Assembly: GCA_050700115.1 (NCBI GenBank)
Contig: JBOHGG010000015.1
Location: 33,725-97,724, forward strand
Source: Pseudonocardiaceae bacterium
GTDB taxonomy: Bacteria; Actinomycetota; Actinomycetes; Mycobacteriales; Pseudonocardiaceae
Length of the DNA: 64,000 nt
Direction of reading: 5' to 3'
In this document: in pieces, positions 9,469 through 18,432 of the stretch
How the letters are laid out: each line of letters begins with the position of its first letter
Numbering within the stretch: position 1 is the stretch's first letter
Made by a program: the position numbers and the translations under genes
The notes under the pieces: generated by a model
Seen by the model: the letters and a program-made list of their open reading frames with translations, nothing else
Told to the model about the DNA's origin: nothing
The model's database searches: none

Positions 9469-10392
9469 TCAGACGGCCTCCTTTTCTACGGGGTTCGTAG
9501 ACTGGGAAGTTGACGACATCTCGCTGATCAGCACGTCGAGAAAGTCGACGCTCTCCTCCAGGGGCAACGCCAGCCCCTCCAATTTTTCGAATCTGTCGAG
9601 ATACCGGGCTATCAGCTCGGTATCGTCACGGGCTTGCCGACGTCGAGCATGTGGGATTGTGAGCGAGTCGATGCTCTCTAGATGCGCTAGGTCGTCCAGG
9701 TTCGGGTCGGTGAACTCGAGCAGGATGAAGTTCCCGGCCATGCCCGGGTGGGCACCGCTGGTGAACGGCGTGATTCGGATGCTGACGTGCGGCTCCGCCG
9801 CGAAGTCCTTGAGCCGCTCCAGCTGATGACGCATCACGTGTCCTCGGCCGACCTGGCGGCGCAGGGCGGCCTCGTCCAGGACGAAGTGCATCTCCGGCGG
9901 ACTGTCCCGATCGTGCACCTCCTGACGGTGCTGCCGGACGGTCCATAACTTGTCGACGTCATCCGGACCCAAACCAGCCATATACTCAAGGACTAGTCGG
10001 CCGTATTCCTCGGTCTGTAGCAACCCGGGAATCAGAACGGGGTCGTACTGACGGATAACAGACGCCGAAGCCTCGTACGCGAGGTACTCCTTGAAGCCTT
10101 GCTTTAGGAGATCGGCGTACTGATCGTAGAAGGATGCCCCCCTGGCCGATCTGGCGAGCTCAAGCAGCCCGGTGATCTTGCCCTTGTCCTTCACACCGTA
10201 GTGACTCAGCAACGCTTTCAGGTCGTTGGTCGAGACACTCACATCCCCCCGCTCGATGCGGATCAGCTTGGATGGTGACCAGTCCATAGCGTGGGCCACA
10301 TCGGCCTGTCTCAGTCCAGCAGCGTCGCGTGCCCTCCTGAGCTCCACGCGGAGCCGACGTCGCTGCACGGTTGGATCTTGAACTGCCGTCAC
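9469..10392 (-). CDS. XRE-family HTH regulator with DUF5753-type C-terminal domain
   Basis: LRRARDAAGLRQADVAHAMDWSPSKLIRIERG HTH. GTG at 10392 has the gggggag RBS. The ORF is open to 10434. Confidence 0.8.
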   Translation of the reverse strand: MTAVQDPTVQRRRLRVELRRARDAAGLRQADVAHAMDWSPSKLIRIERGDVSVSTNDLKALLSHYGVKDKGKITGLLELARSARGASFYDQYADLLKQGFKEYLAYEASASVIRQYDPVLIPGLLQTEEYGRLVLEYMAGLGPDDVDKLWTVRQHRQEVHDRDSPPEMHFVLDEAALRRQVGRGHVMRHQLERLKDFAAEPHVSIRITPFTSGAHPGMAGNFILLEFTDPNLDDLAHLESIDSLTIPHARRRQARDDTELIARYLDRFEKLEGLALPLEESVDFLDVLISEMSSTSQSTNPVEKEAV

Positions 10393-10461
10393 CCGCTCTC
10401 CCCCTTCTCTGCTGACACCTGTCGTTGGGTTCACTGACGTTACGCTCCCTGTCGGTTATAC

Positions 10462-10478
10462 ACTAGCATGATGCTAGT
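10462..10478. promoter_or_regulatory. 17-bp perfect palindrome ACTAGCAT-G-ATGCTAGT upstream of the XRE gene
   Basis: Read directly. Lies 28-86 nt upstream of the candidate XRE starts, in an AT-richer spacer. Confidence 0.5.
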
Positions 10479-10950
10479 TGGCAGCACGCCACCACGCAAG
10501 CCGCATCTTGCGGTTTGCGTGGTGGCAAGACGCTCCATGGCGTCGATGTCATAGCTGCCCTGAGCTGCACAAACTAGCACCGCTGGAAGCAGTGAGGTGG
10601 CTGTCCGACTGCCACCTGGCACTGTGAAAGTCGCCACACTGCAGAGAGCTGAAGCGCCTGCTCACAGTACGACCGCTACCACCTAGCCACCTTCCGGAAG
10701 AGGGCTCCTCCGGCGGTACGATGTCGACGGCATTTAGTATCAATACAGATGCGTTACCTGGTTATAATGTTCTTGTCATACGGGTGTCCTGAGCCAGGTG
10801 GAGCGCGGATCCAGTCGTCTGACGCGCACCTCTGCTGTTGGTCGGTCCTGTCGCTCGCCTCGTCTGGCAGATGACGCGAGTGACAGGGGCCCCGATGACG
10901 TGGTCACTGGCAGCGAGAGACGTGCCGGCTTGCTGGAAAAGGAGTACGGC

Positions 10951-11172
10951 ATGGTCGATGTGTCGCAGCCCCCCGCCGCCGCGTCCTGGCAGAAGAGCAG
11001 CGCGACTGGGGGTCAGGAATGTCTTGAGGTCACCTGCACCCACGGGCACGTCTGGGTCCGGGACTCGAAGAATCCGCTTGGGCCTGCCCTGGGGTTCACC
11101 CGCGAGGGCTGGGCAGCGTTCCTCGTCGGGTTGCAGAGTGACGAGTTCGCCTGCCACGGGACAGCGGCGTGA
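10951..11172 (+). CDS. DUF397 domain protein
   Basis: ATG after aaaaggag. WQKSSATGGQECLEV..VWVRDSKNP..LGFTREGWAAFL is the DUF397 pattern, usually partnered with XRE/DUF5753 genes. Confidence 0.8.
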   Translation: MVDVSQPPAAASWQKSSATGGQECLEVTCTHGHVWVRDSKNPLGPALGFTREGWAAFLVGLQSDEFACHGTAA

Positions 11173-11201
11173 CAACACCGTCCCACTGTCCACCCCAGCA
11201 C

Positions 11202-11456
11202 TCAGTCGTCGTCCGAGGGGTCCTCTGCGGGCGGCGGTGGGAAATACCAGTCCTGCTCGGTTAGCGAGCAGGCGCAGCGCGGGCATTTGCCCCGCTGGCG
11301 GCGGGCGGTGTGAACTGCCGACCACTCCTCGTTGAGCCTGCGGCGCTCCTCGGCCTGCCGGCGAAGCTTGGGCTCTAAAGCCTGGGTGGTCCAGGTCGCT
11401 CCGAGCAGTAGCCCGAGGCAGACCAGCAGGACGGCGGCCAATACCTGGATGGTCAC
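11202..11456 (-). CDS. Small membrane-anchored hypothetical protein
   Basis: 84 aa. N-terminal TM helix IQVLAAVLLVCLGLLLG, a charged coil, then CPRCAC. GTG start. Confidence 0.5.
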   Translation of the reverse strand: MTIQVLAAVLLVCLGLLLGATWTTQALEPKLRRQAEERRRLNEEWSAVHTARRQRGKCPRCACSLTEQDWYFPPPPAEDPSDDD

Positions 11457-11742
11457 CGCGCTCTGCGGTGTGCTCCGCCACGACGTCTCGCTCCCAGGCT
11501 GCGGCCTACTGGCCGGGCTCCGGGGAGGCGTGTCGCGCTCCGGTGAGATGTCGACATGATGGCCTGCCCCTTCTCATCGGTGATGCGAGCTGGGGGCGCT
11601 ATGAGCTGCCGGGTAAGCCGAGACATGCATGTACCTCCCGACAGATATACGTACGTGTTTCTAAATACGTAGGTATAATTACTAAAAATACCAGTATGAA
11701 CACGTAAGATCAAGCTGTACTACGAGCTTGCACTTACGTAAC

Positions 11743-12762
11743 ATGGAGTACGCCCACCGAGCGGCGACCGCGAGGAGCAACCCTGTGGCCAGGACCCAGC
11801 TGACACATCGCGAGGATGAGGTGCTTCATCTTGCGGTCACCGGGCTCAGCAACGACGAGATCGCCGCTCGCCTTGCCATCTCGCGCCGGACAGTGGAGGC
11901 GCACATGCGCATGCTGTTCCGCAAGATCGGGGTGACCAGACGGGCTCAGCTGGTGGCGCTGTACCAGGGGCGCGACCCGAACGGCGCGGGGCCGTCCGAG
12001 TCTGAACCGGTCGAGGGTCCAGTAGCTCCGCTCTTCCAGCAGCGTCGTGATCTGGTGGACTGCGAGCGACAGTTGCAGGCCTACGCCGCCGGCATTCGCG
12101 GGCTGGTAGACCGGCAGTTCCCGCTGTTCGAGGAACGCGTTGAGATCACTGTCATAGTCGGTGCGCAGGACGAGCAGGACGTCGTCGTCGAGCGGCGCTG
12201 GACCAGGCCGAGGCCCTACCTCGTCTATCGAATACTGGGACCGATCGTGCCCTGGCCCGACGGACCGTTCGAACTGGACGATCTCGCCCTGGTCTGCCAT
12301 GTGAACGGCCAGGACACTCACGTCGACGTCCACCCGGTGCGGGATGTGGACGGTCGGCCACTATTGATGATCCTGTTCCAGCCGGGGCTGCAAGTCGATA
12401 CCGAGTGGGTGATCCGCTACCGCTCGCCTCAGTTGTGGAACCCGCTGCGCAGCTCGGGCCAGGACACCCTGTCCTGGGCTACCGCTACGCTCGATGAACG
12501 GCATTCGCCGACCACCAACAAGCTCACCCTCAAGGTCGTCTTTCCGGCCTCCTGGGCAGGAGAGCGGCTTACCGAGCAGAGCAATCTCGGCGCGATCCAT
12601 GCTGAGCGTCTACCCACCGGTCAGACCCAGCTGACCTGGCACCACGACACTCCGGACGCGAGGACATACCGCTGGGTGCTGCGAGGTCACGCGGCTCCTG
12701 AGCGTGAGCGGTCTTCGGACGGTAAGGAGCCAACGGGGGTACCGGGCGACGCGGTGCCATAA
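11743..12762 (+). CDS. LuxR-family regulator (N-terminal HTH, unknown C-terminal domain)
   Basis: REDEVLHLAVTGLSNDEIAARLAISRRTVEAHMRMLFRKIGV. AT-rich upstream region with a TATAAT at 11674. Confidence 0.75.
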   Translation: MEYAHRAATARSNPVARTQLTHREDEVLHLAVTGLSNDEIAARLAISRRTVEAHMRMLFRKIGVTRRAQLVALYQGRDPNGAGPSESEPVEGPVAPLFQQRRDLVDCERQLQAYAAGIRGLVDRQFPLFEERVEITVIVGAQDEQDVVVERRWTRPRPYLVYRILGPIVPWPDGPFELDDLALVCHVNGQDTHVDVHPVRDVDGRPLLMILFQPGLQVDTEWVIRYRSPQLWNPLRSSGQDTLSWATATLDERHSPTTNKLTLKVVFPASWAGERLTEQSNLGAIHAERLPTGQTQLTWHHDTPDARTYRWVLRGHAAPERERSSDGKEPTGVPGDAVP

Positions 12763-15700
12763 CCTGCGCCAGCCCCTACCTGGCCAATCCCGATCGACCC
12801 AATCCTCATCGACCTATGCCTCTTCACCGCGGAGGGCCCCTCCACTGTCCGCTGCATCCCCGGCTACCCGTCGGCCGGCTGGCACCACTCTTGCCTTGCT
12901 GGTCGGGCTGGCAGGTGTGCTCATCGCGCTGGCCCTGCCATTCGTCCCGGTGCTGGCCGACCAGACCACGGTGACCTGGCCGGCTCCCGGTCAGCCGGCG
13001 ACGTCGAGTACGGCGTTGTTCGCGCCGTACCGGCCGGCGGAGCTGACCGCGACCGTGCCGTGCTCGGCGATTCGCGCTGCCGCCAGCCGGGGCCTGGCCG
13101 CCACGGTGCTGGCGACCGGCTCGGACGGTGACGGGCTGGTACTCACCACCGGCGCCGGAGCCGCCCGGTTGCTGCTGAACGGCCGGTTGGTGAGCACGAC
13201 ACCGGTGGCTGGCACCGCCAGGGACTGCGCGACGCGGGTGGCCGCCGGGCCGGCCGCAACGGTGATCACCATCGGGACCCCCGGCGACGTCCGGACGATC
13301 AACCTGGCTGGCGAGCTGGTGCCCAAGGTGTTCGCGTTCAGCACCGAACTCGATCCCGGGCAGGCGGCCGGGATGACGGTCACCGCCCGCACCGCCAGCC
13401 CGTTCGCCACCAGCCCGAGCGGGATCAAGACGCTACTCATCGCCGCGCAACTGCTCGCGGCGCTGGTCGCACTGCGGCTATTGGCCCGGCGTACCGCCGA
13501 CGATCGTGGGCGCCCCGACGACGGGCCGGCGCGCACCCCCAGCCGGCGGCGGTGGGGCACCGTCTGGGTCGATCTCGGCGTGCTCGGGGTGCTGGCCGGC
13601 TGGGCGATCATCGGTCCACTGACCGATGATGACGGCTTCGCCACCACGATCGCCCGCAACGCCGCGCGAACCGGAAACGTCGGTAACTACTACCGCTGGT
13701 GGAACGCCTCGGAGACGCCGTTCGCCCTCACTCACCAGCTGCTCGCGCCGCTGACCGAGGTCAGTCTGGCGCCGCTGTGGTTGCGGTTGCCCAGCACCGT
13801 GCTGGCGGTGGCGACCTGGTTCGTGGTGAGCCGAGGGGTGCTCGGCGCGGCCCTGCCGGCGGTGGCGAGCACCGTCTGGATCCGGTTGCTGGCCGCGGTG
13901 TGCCTGCTCGCGGCCTGGTTGCCGTTCAACCTCGGGGTGCGCCCCGAGCCGTACGTGGCGTTGGGTGTCACCGCTGTGCTGGCGCTGCTGTGGCGGGCTC
14001 GCGGGCTCGCCGCGCTGGGCTGGGCCGCGCTGGTCGCCGGGTTGACCGTCACGGTCAGCCCGAGCGGGTTGCTGGTCGCCGCCCCGATCCTGGTGTTCAC
14101 GCCCCGCATCGTCGCGATTCTCGGCGCTTCGGCACGCGGGTGGGCCGAGGTGGCGACCCGCGTGACGTTGCTGTGTTGCATCGGCGCGGTCGGCCTCACG
14201 GTGATCTTTGCTGACCAGACCTGGTACGGCCTGGTGACTGCCACTCGCTGGCACACCGACTTCGGGCCGTCGCTGGCCTGGTACTCCGAGCCGGAGCGAT
14301 ACCACTACCTGCTCGGAAACGATCAGGACGGCAGCGCCGCCAAGCGGGTCCCGGTGCTGCTCACACTGGCGCTGCTGCCGGTGGTCGGGCTGGTCCTGGC
14401 CCGCCGGGCCGAGACCGGCGTCGCCGGCCACTCGGCCGCGCGGCTGGCCGGGGTGGTGGCCACCGCGCTCGCCCTGCTGTGGCTCATGCCATCCAAGTGG
14501 TCGCATCATTTCGGCGCATTAGCCGGCTTGTTTGCGTCATTCCTGGTGGTGGCCGTGGTGTTGCTGCTGCGGTGCGCCCACGAGACAGATCGGGTGACGC
14601 GGGGAATCGGCCTGGCGGGTGGCGCTCTGGTGGCTGCGGCGGCCGGGCTGGCCTTCACTGGCCCGAACGCCTGGTGGCAGCCGGCGGTCTACGACGTACC
14701 GTGGGCGGCCGGTCCGGTGCGTCCGATCGGCCTCCCACTGGACTCCCCGCTGCTGTGGGTCGGCACGCTGGCGGCGGGCTACGGGGTGCTGGCCGTACTC
14801 ACGCCGCGCCGAGGCACCGCCCGCGCCGGGCCGGCGCTGGTTGCCGCGCCGGCGGTGCTCACGGTGGCGGCGGCTGGCACAGCGTTGGCCGTGCTGCTCG
14901 GCGCCTTCCTCGCCGCGCCGGTGCGGCAGCCGGCCGGTTCGCTCGCACTGGTGAACCTGCACCGGCTGACCGGTGGCCCCTATTGCGGACTGGCCGATGA
15001 CATCCAGGTGCTGCCGGACGGCGACGTGCTGGTCCCCGCCGACTCGTCCGGGAGCCTGGACGGGTTCACCACCCTGGCCGGTTTCGACCCCGATTCGCCG
15101 CCGCCACACCCGCCCGGCACCGGCATGTCCGCCCAGCTTTGGGGGAGCCGGGCTGGTGGGCCGCTGAGCACTGGGACCATGACCAGCCCCTGGTTCACCC
15201 TCGGCGCTGCCGGTGGTGTGGCGGTATCGGTTTCCGGTCGCACTGACGGGGGCAACGAGCTGGTCCTGGAATTCGGCCGGGCCGCCGACGCCGGCGTCAC
15301 CACGCTGGGTTTCCGCTCACCGGTCGACCGGGTACGCCCCGACCAGGACGACCTGGACGGCCCGCTGGACTACCGGCCCTGGCGGTCCATCGGGCTCGAT
15401 GCGCAGCAGATCCCACCTGCCGCCGACCGGGTCCGGATCCGCGCGGTCGACGCCACCAGCGACCCGGACGGCTGGCTGGCCGTCACCGGACTCCGGCGCC
15501 GCGGACTGGTCGGGCTGAACGAGTTCCTGGCCGGCCGCGGGCCGGTGCTGGTGAGCTGGCCGCAGGCGTTCCTGTTCCCCTGCGTGCGAGACATCGCCGG
15601 GGTGGCCGACGGGCTGGCCACCGCGCCCCGCGCGGTGATCGAGGCGCCGCGCCGCCACGGCCGGCTGTCGGCGATCACCACGGACCAGAGCCAGGGTGGC

Positions 15701-15910
15701 GACTTCGCCGCGCTGCGCCCGTTCGGCCAGCTCTATGAGGTACCCACCCGACTGGCGGGCAACCCCGAAGCCGACTGGGGCGCCCTACACCTGACCACCA
15801 CCCGAGACACCTATCACCAGACCCGGATCACTCTTTGGCACGTTCTGGATGCAGACTGGGGTAAATCGGGCACCGTTGACAGCAGTCTGCATCCAGAACG
15901 CGAAAAATAG
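12704..15910 (+). CDS. Emb-family arabinosyltransferase (GT-C), canonical type
   Basis: QTTVTWPAPGQ..PYRPAELTATVPC, LTDDDGF (DDG catalytic motif), PSKWSHHFGA, GPNAWW. The start is uncertain because the ORF 5' end overlaps the LuxR gene. The last ~23 codons lie in a hairpin repeat. Confidence 0.85.
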   Translation: MSGLRTVRSQRGYRATRCHNLRQPLPGQSRSTQSSSTYASSPRRAPPLSAASPATRRPAGTTLALLVGLAGVLIALALPFVPVLADQTTVTWPAPGQPATSSTALFAPYRPAELTATVPCSAIRAAASRGLAATVLATGSDGDGLVLTTGAGAARLLLNGRLVSTTPVAGTARDCATRVAAGPAATVITIGTPGDVRTINLAGELVPKVFAFSTELDPGQAAGMTVTARTASPFATSPSGIKTLLIAAQLLAALVALRLLARRTADDRGRPDDGPARTPSRRRWGTVWVDLGVLGVLAGWAIIGPLTDDDGFATTIARNAARTGNVGNYYRWWNASETPFALTHQLLAPLTEVSLAPLWLRLPSTVLAVATWFVVSRGVLGAALPAVASTVWIRLLAAVCLLAAWLPFNLGVRPEPYVALGVTAVLALLWRARGLAALGWAALVAGLTVTVSPSGLLVAAPILVFTPRIVAILGASARGWAEVATRVTLLCCIGAVGLTVIFADQTWYGLVTATRWHTDFGPSLAWYSEPERYHYLLGNDQDGSAAKRVPVLLTLALLPVVGLVLARRAETGVAGHSAARLAGVVATALALLWLMPSKWSHHFGALAGLFASFLVVAVVLLLRCAHETDRVTRGIGLAGGALVAAAAGLAFTGPNAWWQPAVYDVPWAAGPVRPIGLPLDSPLLWVGTLAAGYGVLAVLTPRRGTARAGPALVAAPAVLTVAAAGTALAVLLGAFLAAPVRQPAGSLALVNLHRLTGGPYCGLADDIQVLPDGDVLVPADSSGSLDGFTTLAGFDPDSPPPHPPGTGMSAQLWGSRAGGPLSTGTMTSPWFTLGAAGGVAVSVSGRTDGGNELVLEFGRAADAGVTTLGFRSPVDRVRPDQDDLDGPLDYRPWRSIGLDAQQIPPAADRVRIRAVDATSDPDGWLAVTGLRRRGLVGLNEFLAGRGPVLVSWPQAFLFPCVRDIAGVADGLATAPRAVIEAPRRHGRLSAITTDQSQGGDFAALRPFGQLYEVPTRLAGNPEADWGALHLTTTRDTYHQTRITLWHVLDADWGKSGTVDSSLHPEREK
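15841..15900. repeat. Perfect 18-bp inverted repeat with a 24-nt loop between convergent emb and helD
   Basis: CGTTCTGGATGCAGACTG (15841-15858) and CAGTCTGCATCCAGAACG (15883-15900), read directly. Confidence 0.9.
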
Positions 15911-15915
15911 CGAAG

Positions 15916-18264
15916 TTAGGGCTGGAGGGTGGCGAGGACTTCGGGGAGGTCGCCGGGGTGGACGACGCAGAGGCGGCTGGTGGTCCGGGTGAGGGCGACG
16001 TAGAGGTCGTTGAGGCCGCGCGGTGACTCGGCCACGATCGCCGCCGGGTCGACCAGCACCACCGCGTCGAACTCCAGGCCCTTGGCCTGGGTGACGGTCA
16101 GCACGGTCACCGGCGCGTCGAGGTCGTCGCCGCTCGCGATGGGGACGATCTTGCGAAGCTCGTCCACGCTGGCGGCGGGCCCCATCACGGCGACCCGGCC
16201 GTCGCCGACCGCCGCGGCCTCCTCGACGACCACCGCGGGCAGCCCGTCCGGGAGATCGGCGATCCGGACGGCGCGGGGCGCCACGCCCGTACTGCGCACC
16301 GACTTCGGTGGGATGATGTCGACGTCGAGGGCGGCGAGCACCTCGTCGGCCAGCTCCGCGATCTCAGCCGGGTTCCGGTAGTTGATCGTCAGCTGCTCCA
16401 GCCGCCACCGCTGCGCCACGTAGGGCCCGAGCACGTCTTGCCAGGAGACCGCACCGGCCCGGTCCCCGGTCTGCGCCAGGTCGCCGACCACCGTCATCGA
16501 GCGGCTGGGGCAGCGTCGCATCAGCACTCGCCACGCCATCGGGGACAGCTCCTGTGCCTCGTCGATGATGACGTGACCGTAGGTCCAGGTCCGGTCGGCT
16601 GCGGCACGCTCGGCGGTGCTGCCGTAACGGCGCTGCTGCTGACGGTCGGCCAGCCGGCTGGCGTCGATCAGGTCGGTGGCGCGCAGCAGCTCGGGGTCCA
16701 GGTCCTCGTCCAGGTCCAGGATGTCCAGCACGCCCTGTGCGTATTGCAGCTCCGCGCGCAGCGCCGAGGCCTCCCGGGCGGCCTCGGCGCTGCCGTCGGA
16801 GCCGAGCAGCTCAGCGGCCTCGTCCAGGAGCGGCACATCAGCGGGGGTCCAGGTTTGTCCGGGCTCGGTGCCAGGGCCGGTGGCAGCTCGAGCCAGCAGG
16901 TCGCGCTCCTCGGGGCGCAGCACCCGGTGGGTAGCGGTGGCCAGCCGCTCCGGGTCGGCATAGAGGTCGGTGAGCAACTGCTCCGGCGACAGTGTGGGCC
17001 ACAGCTGGTCCAGCGCGGCGGTCAGCTCGGGACTGGTTCGCAGCTCGGTGCGGATGTCTGCCAGGTCGCCTCGATTCAGGACGCCCCCACCCAATCCCTG
17101 ACCGCTCAGGCCACCGGCGACCTGCTCGGCCAGTGCCGTCACCACCTCGCGGTGGAAGATCTGCTTGGCCTCATTGTGCGGGCGGCGGGACCGCCGCGCC
17201 CGGGTGCGGGCCGGCAGGCACACCGTCTCGTCCAGCCGGACGTGTTGGGCCTCGACGTTGAGCTCGATGGGTGCCGGGGGCAGCTGCTGGCGGTCCCGGA
17301 CCGCTGCGGCCACCACCTTCGTCATCTCCGCGCGACCCTTGACCGCTGCGGTCTCGGCGGGCTCGACGCCGCGGGCGTGCAGCCCCGGGTGCAGCTGGGC
17401 GACCGTGGACAGCAGCACGCTGGTCTCCCCCAGCGAGGGCAGCACTTGCCCGATGTAGCTCAGGAACGTCGAGTTGGGCCCGACGACCAGCACACCCCGC
17501 TTGGCCAGCTGCTGGCGGTGCGTGTAAAGCAGGTAGGCCGCGCGATGCAGCGCGACCGCGGTCTTGCCGGTGCCTGGCCCGCCCTGCACGACCAGCACCC
17601 CCTGGGGCTTGGCGCGGATGATCCGGTCCTGCTCGGCCTGGATGGTCGCGACGATGTCGGACATCCGGCCGGTCCGGCTCGCCGCCAGCGCGGCCATCAG
17701 CGCCGCCTCGCTGGTCAGGCTGGTGCGGGTCGGGTCCTGCTGGGCACTGTCGAGGTCGAGCACCTCGTCGTCGACGGCGAGCACGGTTCGGCTGCGGGTG
17801 CGGATGTGCCGGCGGAGGCGAACGCCCTCGGGGCAGGCGGCGGTCGCGGTGTAGAACGGGCGTGCCGCAGGCGCCCGCCAGTCGATGAGCAGCGGCTCGT
17901 AGTCGTGATCCTCGTCGAGCAGTCCGAGCCGCCCGATGTAGCGCCGCTCCTCGCCGTCACCTTCCGGGTTGCCTGGCCCGTCGTCTTCCCCGTCGCCACT
18001 GCCGTTGAGGTCGAGCCGTCCGAAGCACAGGCCCTGCTCCACGCCGTCCAGGGTGGCGAGCTGGTCGGCGTACATCGCGGCTGCGGCGTCCCGCTCGCTG
18101 AGCGCCTGGGGTGTCCCGCTGGTGGCGCCTCGGAGGACCTCGCCGAGCCGCTGCGTCGTGTAGCGCCGGCGCTCGTCGAGATGTCGGTAGAGCAGGGTGA
18201 GGTAGTCCTGCTCCGCCGCCACGGCGTTATTGCCGCCGGACGGCGGTACTGGGGGAACCGACAC
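15916..18264 (-). CDS. helD: HelD-like UvrD/Rep superfamily-1 helicase (RNA-polymerase-associated type)
   Basis: AEQDYLTLLYRHLDERR N-terminal coil. Walker A VVQGGPGTGKTAVALHRAAYLLY. HVIIDEAQE. C-terminal QAKGLEFD. GTG at 18264 or 18306. Confidence 0.8.
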   Translation of the reverse strand: MSVPPVPPSGGNNAVAAEQDYLTLLYRHLDERRRYTTQRLGEVLRGATSGTPQALSERDAAAAMYADQLATLDGVEQGLCFGRLDLNGSGDGEDDGPGNPEGDGEERRYIGRLGLLDEDHDYEPLLIDWRAPAARPFYTATAACPEGVRLRRHIRTRSRTVLAVDDEVLDLDSAQQDPTRTSLTSEAALMAALAASRTGRMSDIVATIQAEQDRIIRAKPQGVLVVQGGPGTGKTAVALHRAAYLLYTHRQQLAKRGVLVVGPNSTFLSYIGQVLPSLGETSVLLSTVAQLHPGLHARGVEPAETAAVKGRAEMTKVVAAAVRDRQQLPPAPIELNVEAQHVRLDETVCLPARTRARRSRRPHNEAKQIFHREVVTALAEQVAGGLSGQGLGGGVLNRGDLADIRTELRTSPELTAALDQLWPTLSPEQLLTDLYADPERLATATHRVLRPEERDLLARAATGPGTEPGQTWTPADVPLLDEAAELLGSDGSAEAAREASALRAELQYAQGVLDILDLDEDLDPELLRATDLIDASRLADRQQQRRYGSTAERAAADRTWTYGHVIIDEAQELSPMAWRVLMRRCPSRSMTVVGDLAQTGDRAGAVSWQDVLGPYVAQRWRLEQLTINYRNPAEIAELADEVLAALDVDIIPPKSVRSTGVAPRAVRIADLPDGLPAVVVEEAAAVGDGRVAVMGPAASVDELRKIVPIASGDDLDAPVTVLTVTQAKGLEFDAVVLVDPAAIVAESPRGLNDLYVALTRTTSRLCVVHPGDLPEVLATLQP

Positions 18265-18432
18265 GCGATGCTTCCACCTTCTGCGACGGGATGGCCAACG
18301 TGGCACTCAAACCGGTGGGCGGCTGCCGACATTCCAAGGTAGCAAGATGTGCACCCCCCAGGCCTCCCCAGAATCCTAGCCCGCCCAGGTGCGGCCAATC
18401 CGTGCGTAACCGTTGCGCACGAGCCCTAGCGC

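Noticed and set aside
16438-18342. 634-aa plus-strand ORF.
   Set aside because: It mirrors the HelD gene, which has clear helicase motifs on the minus strand.
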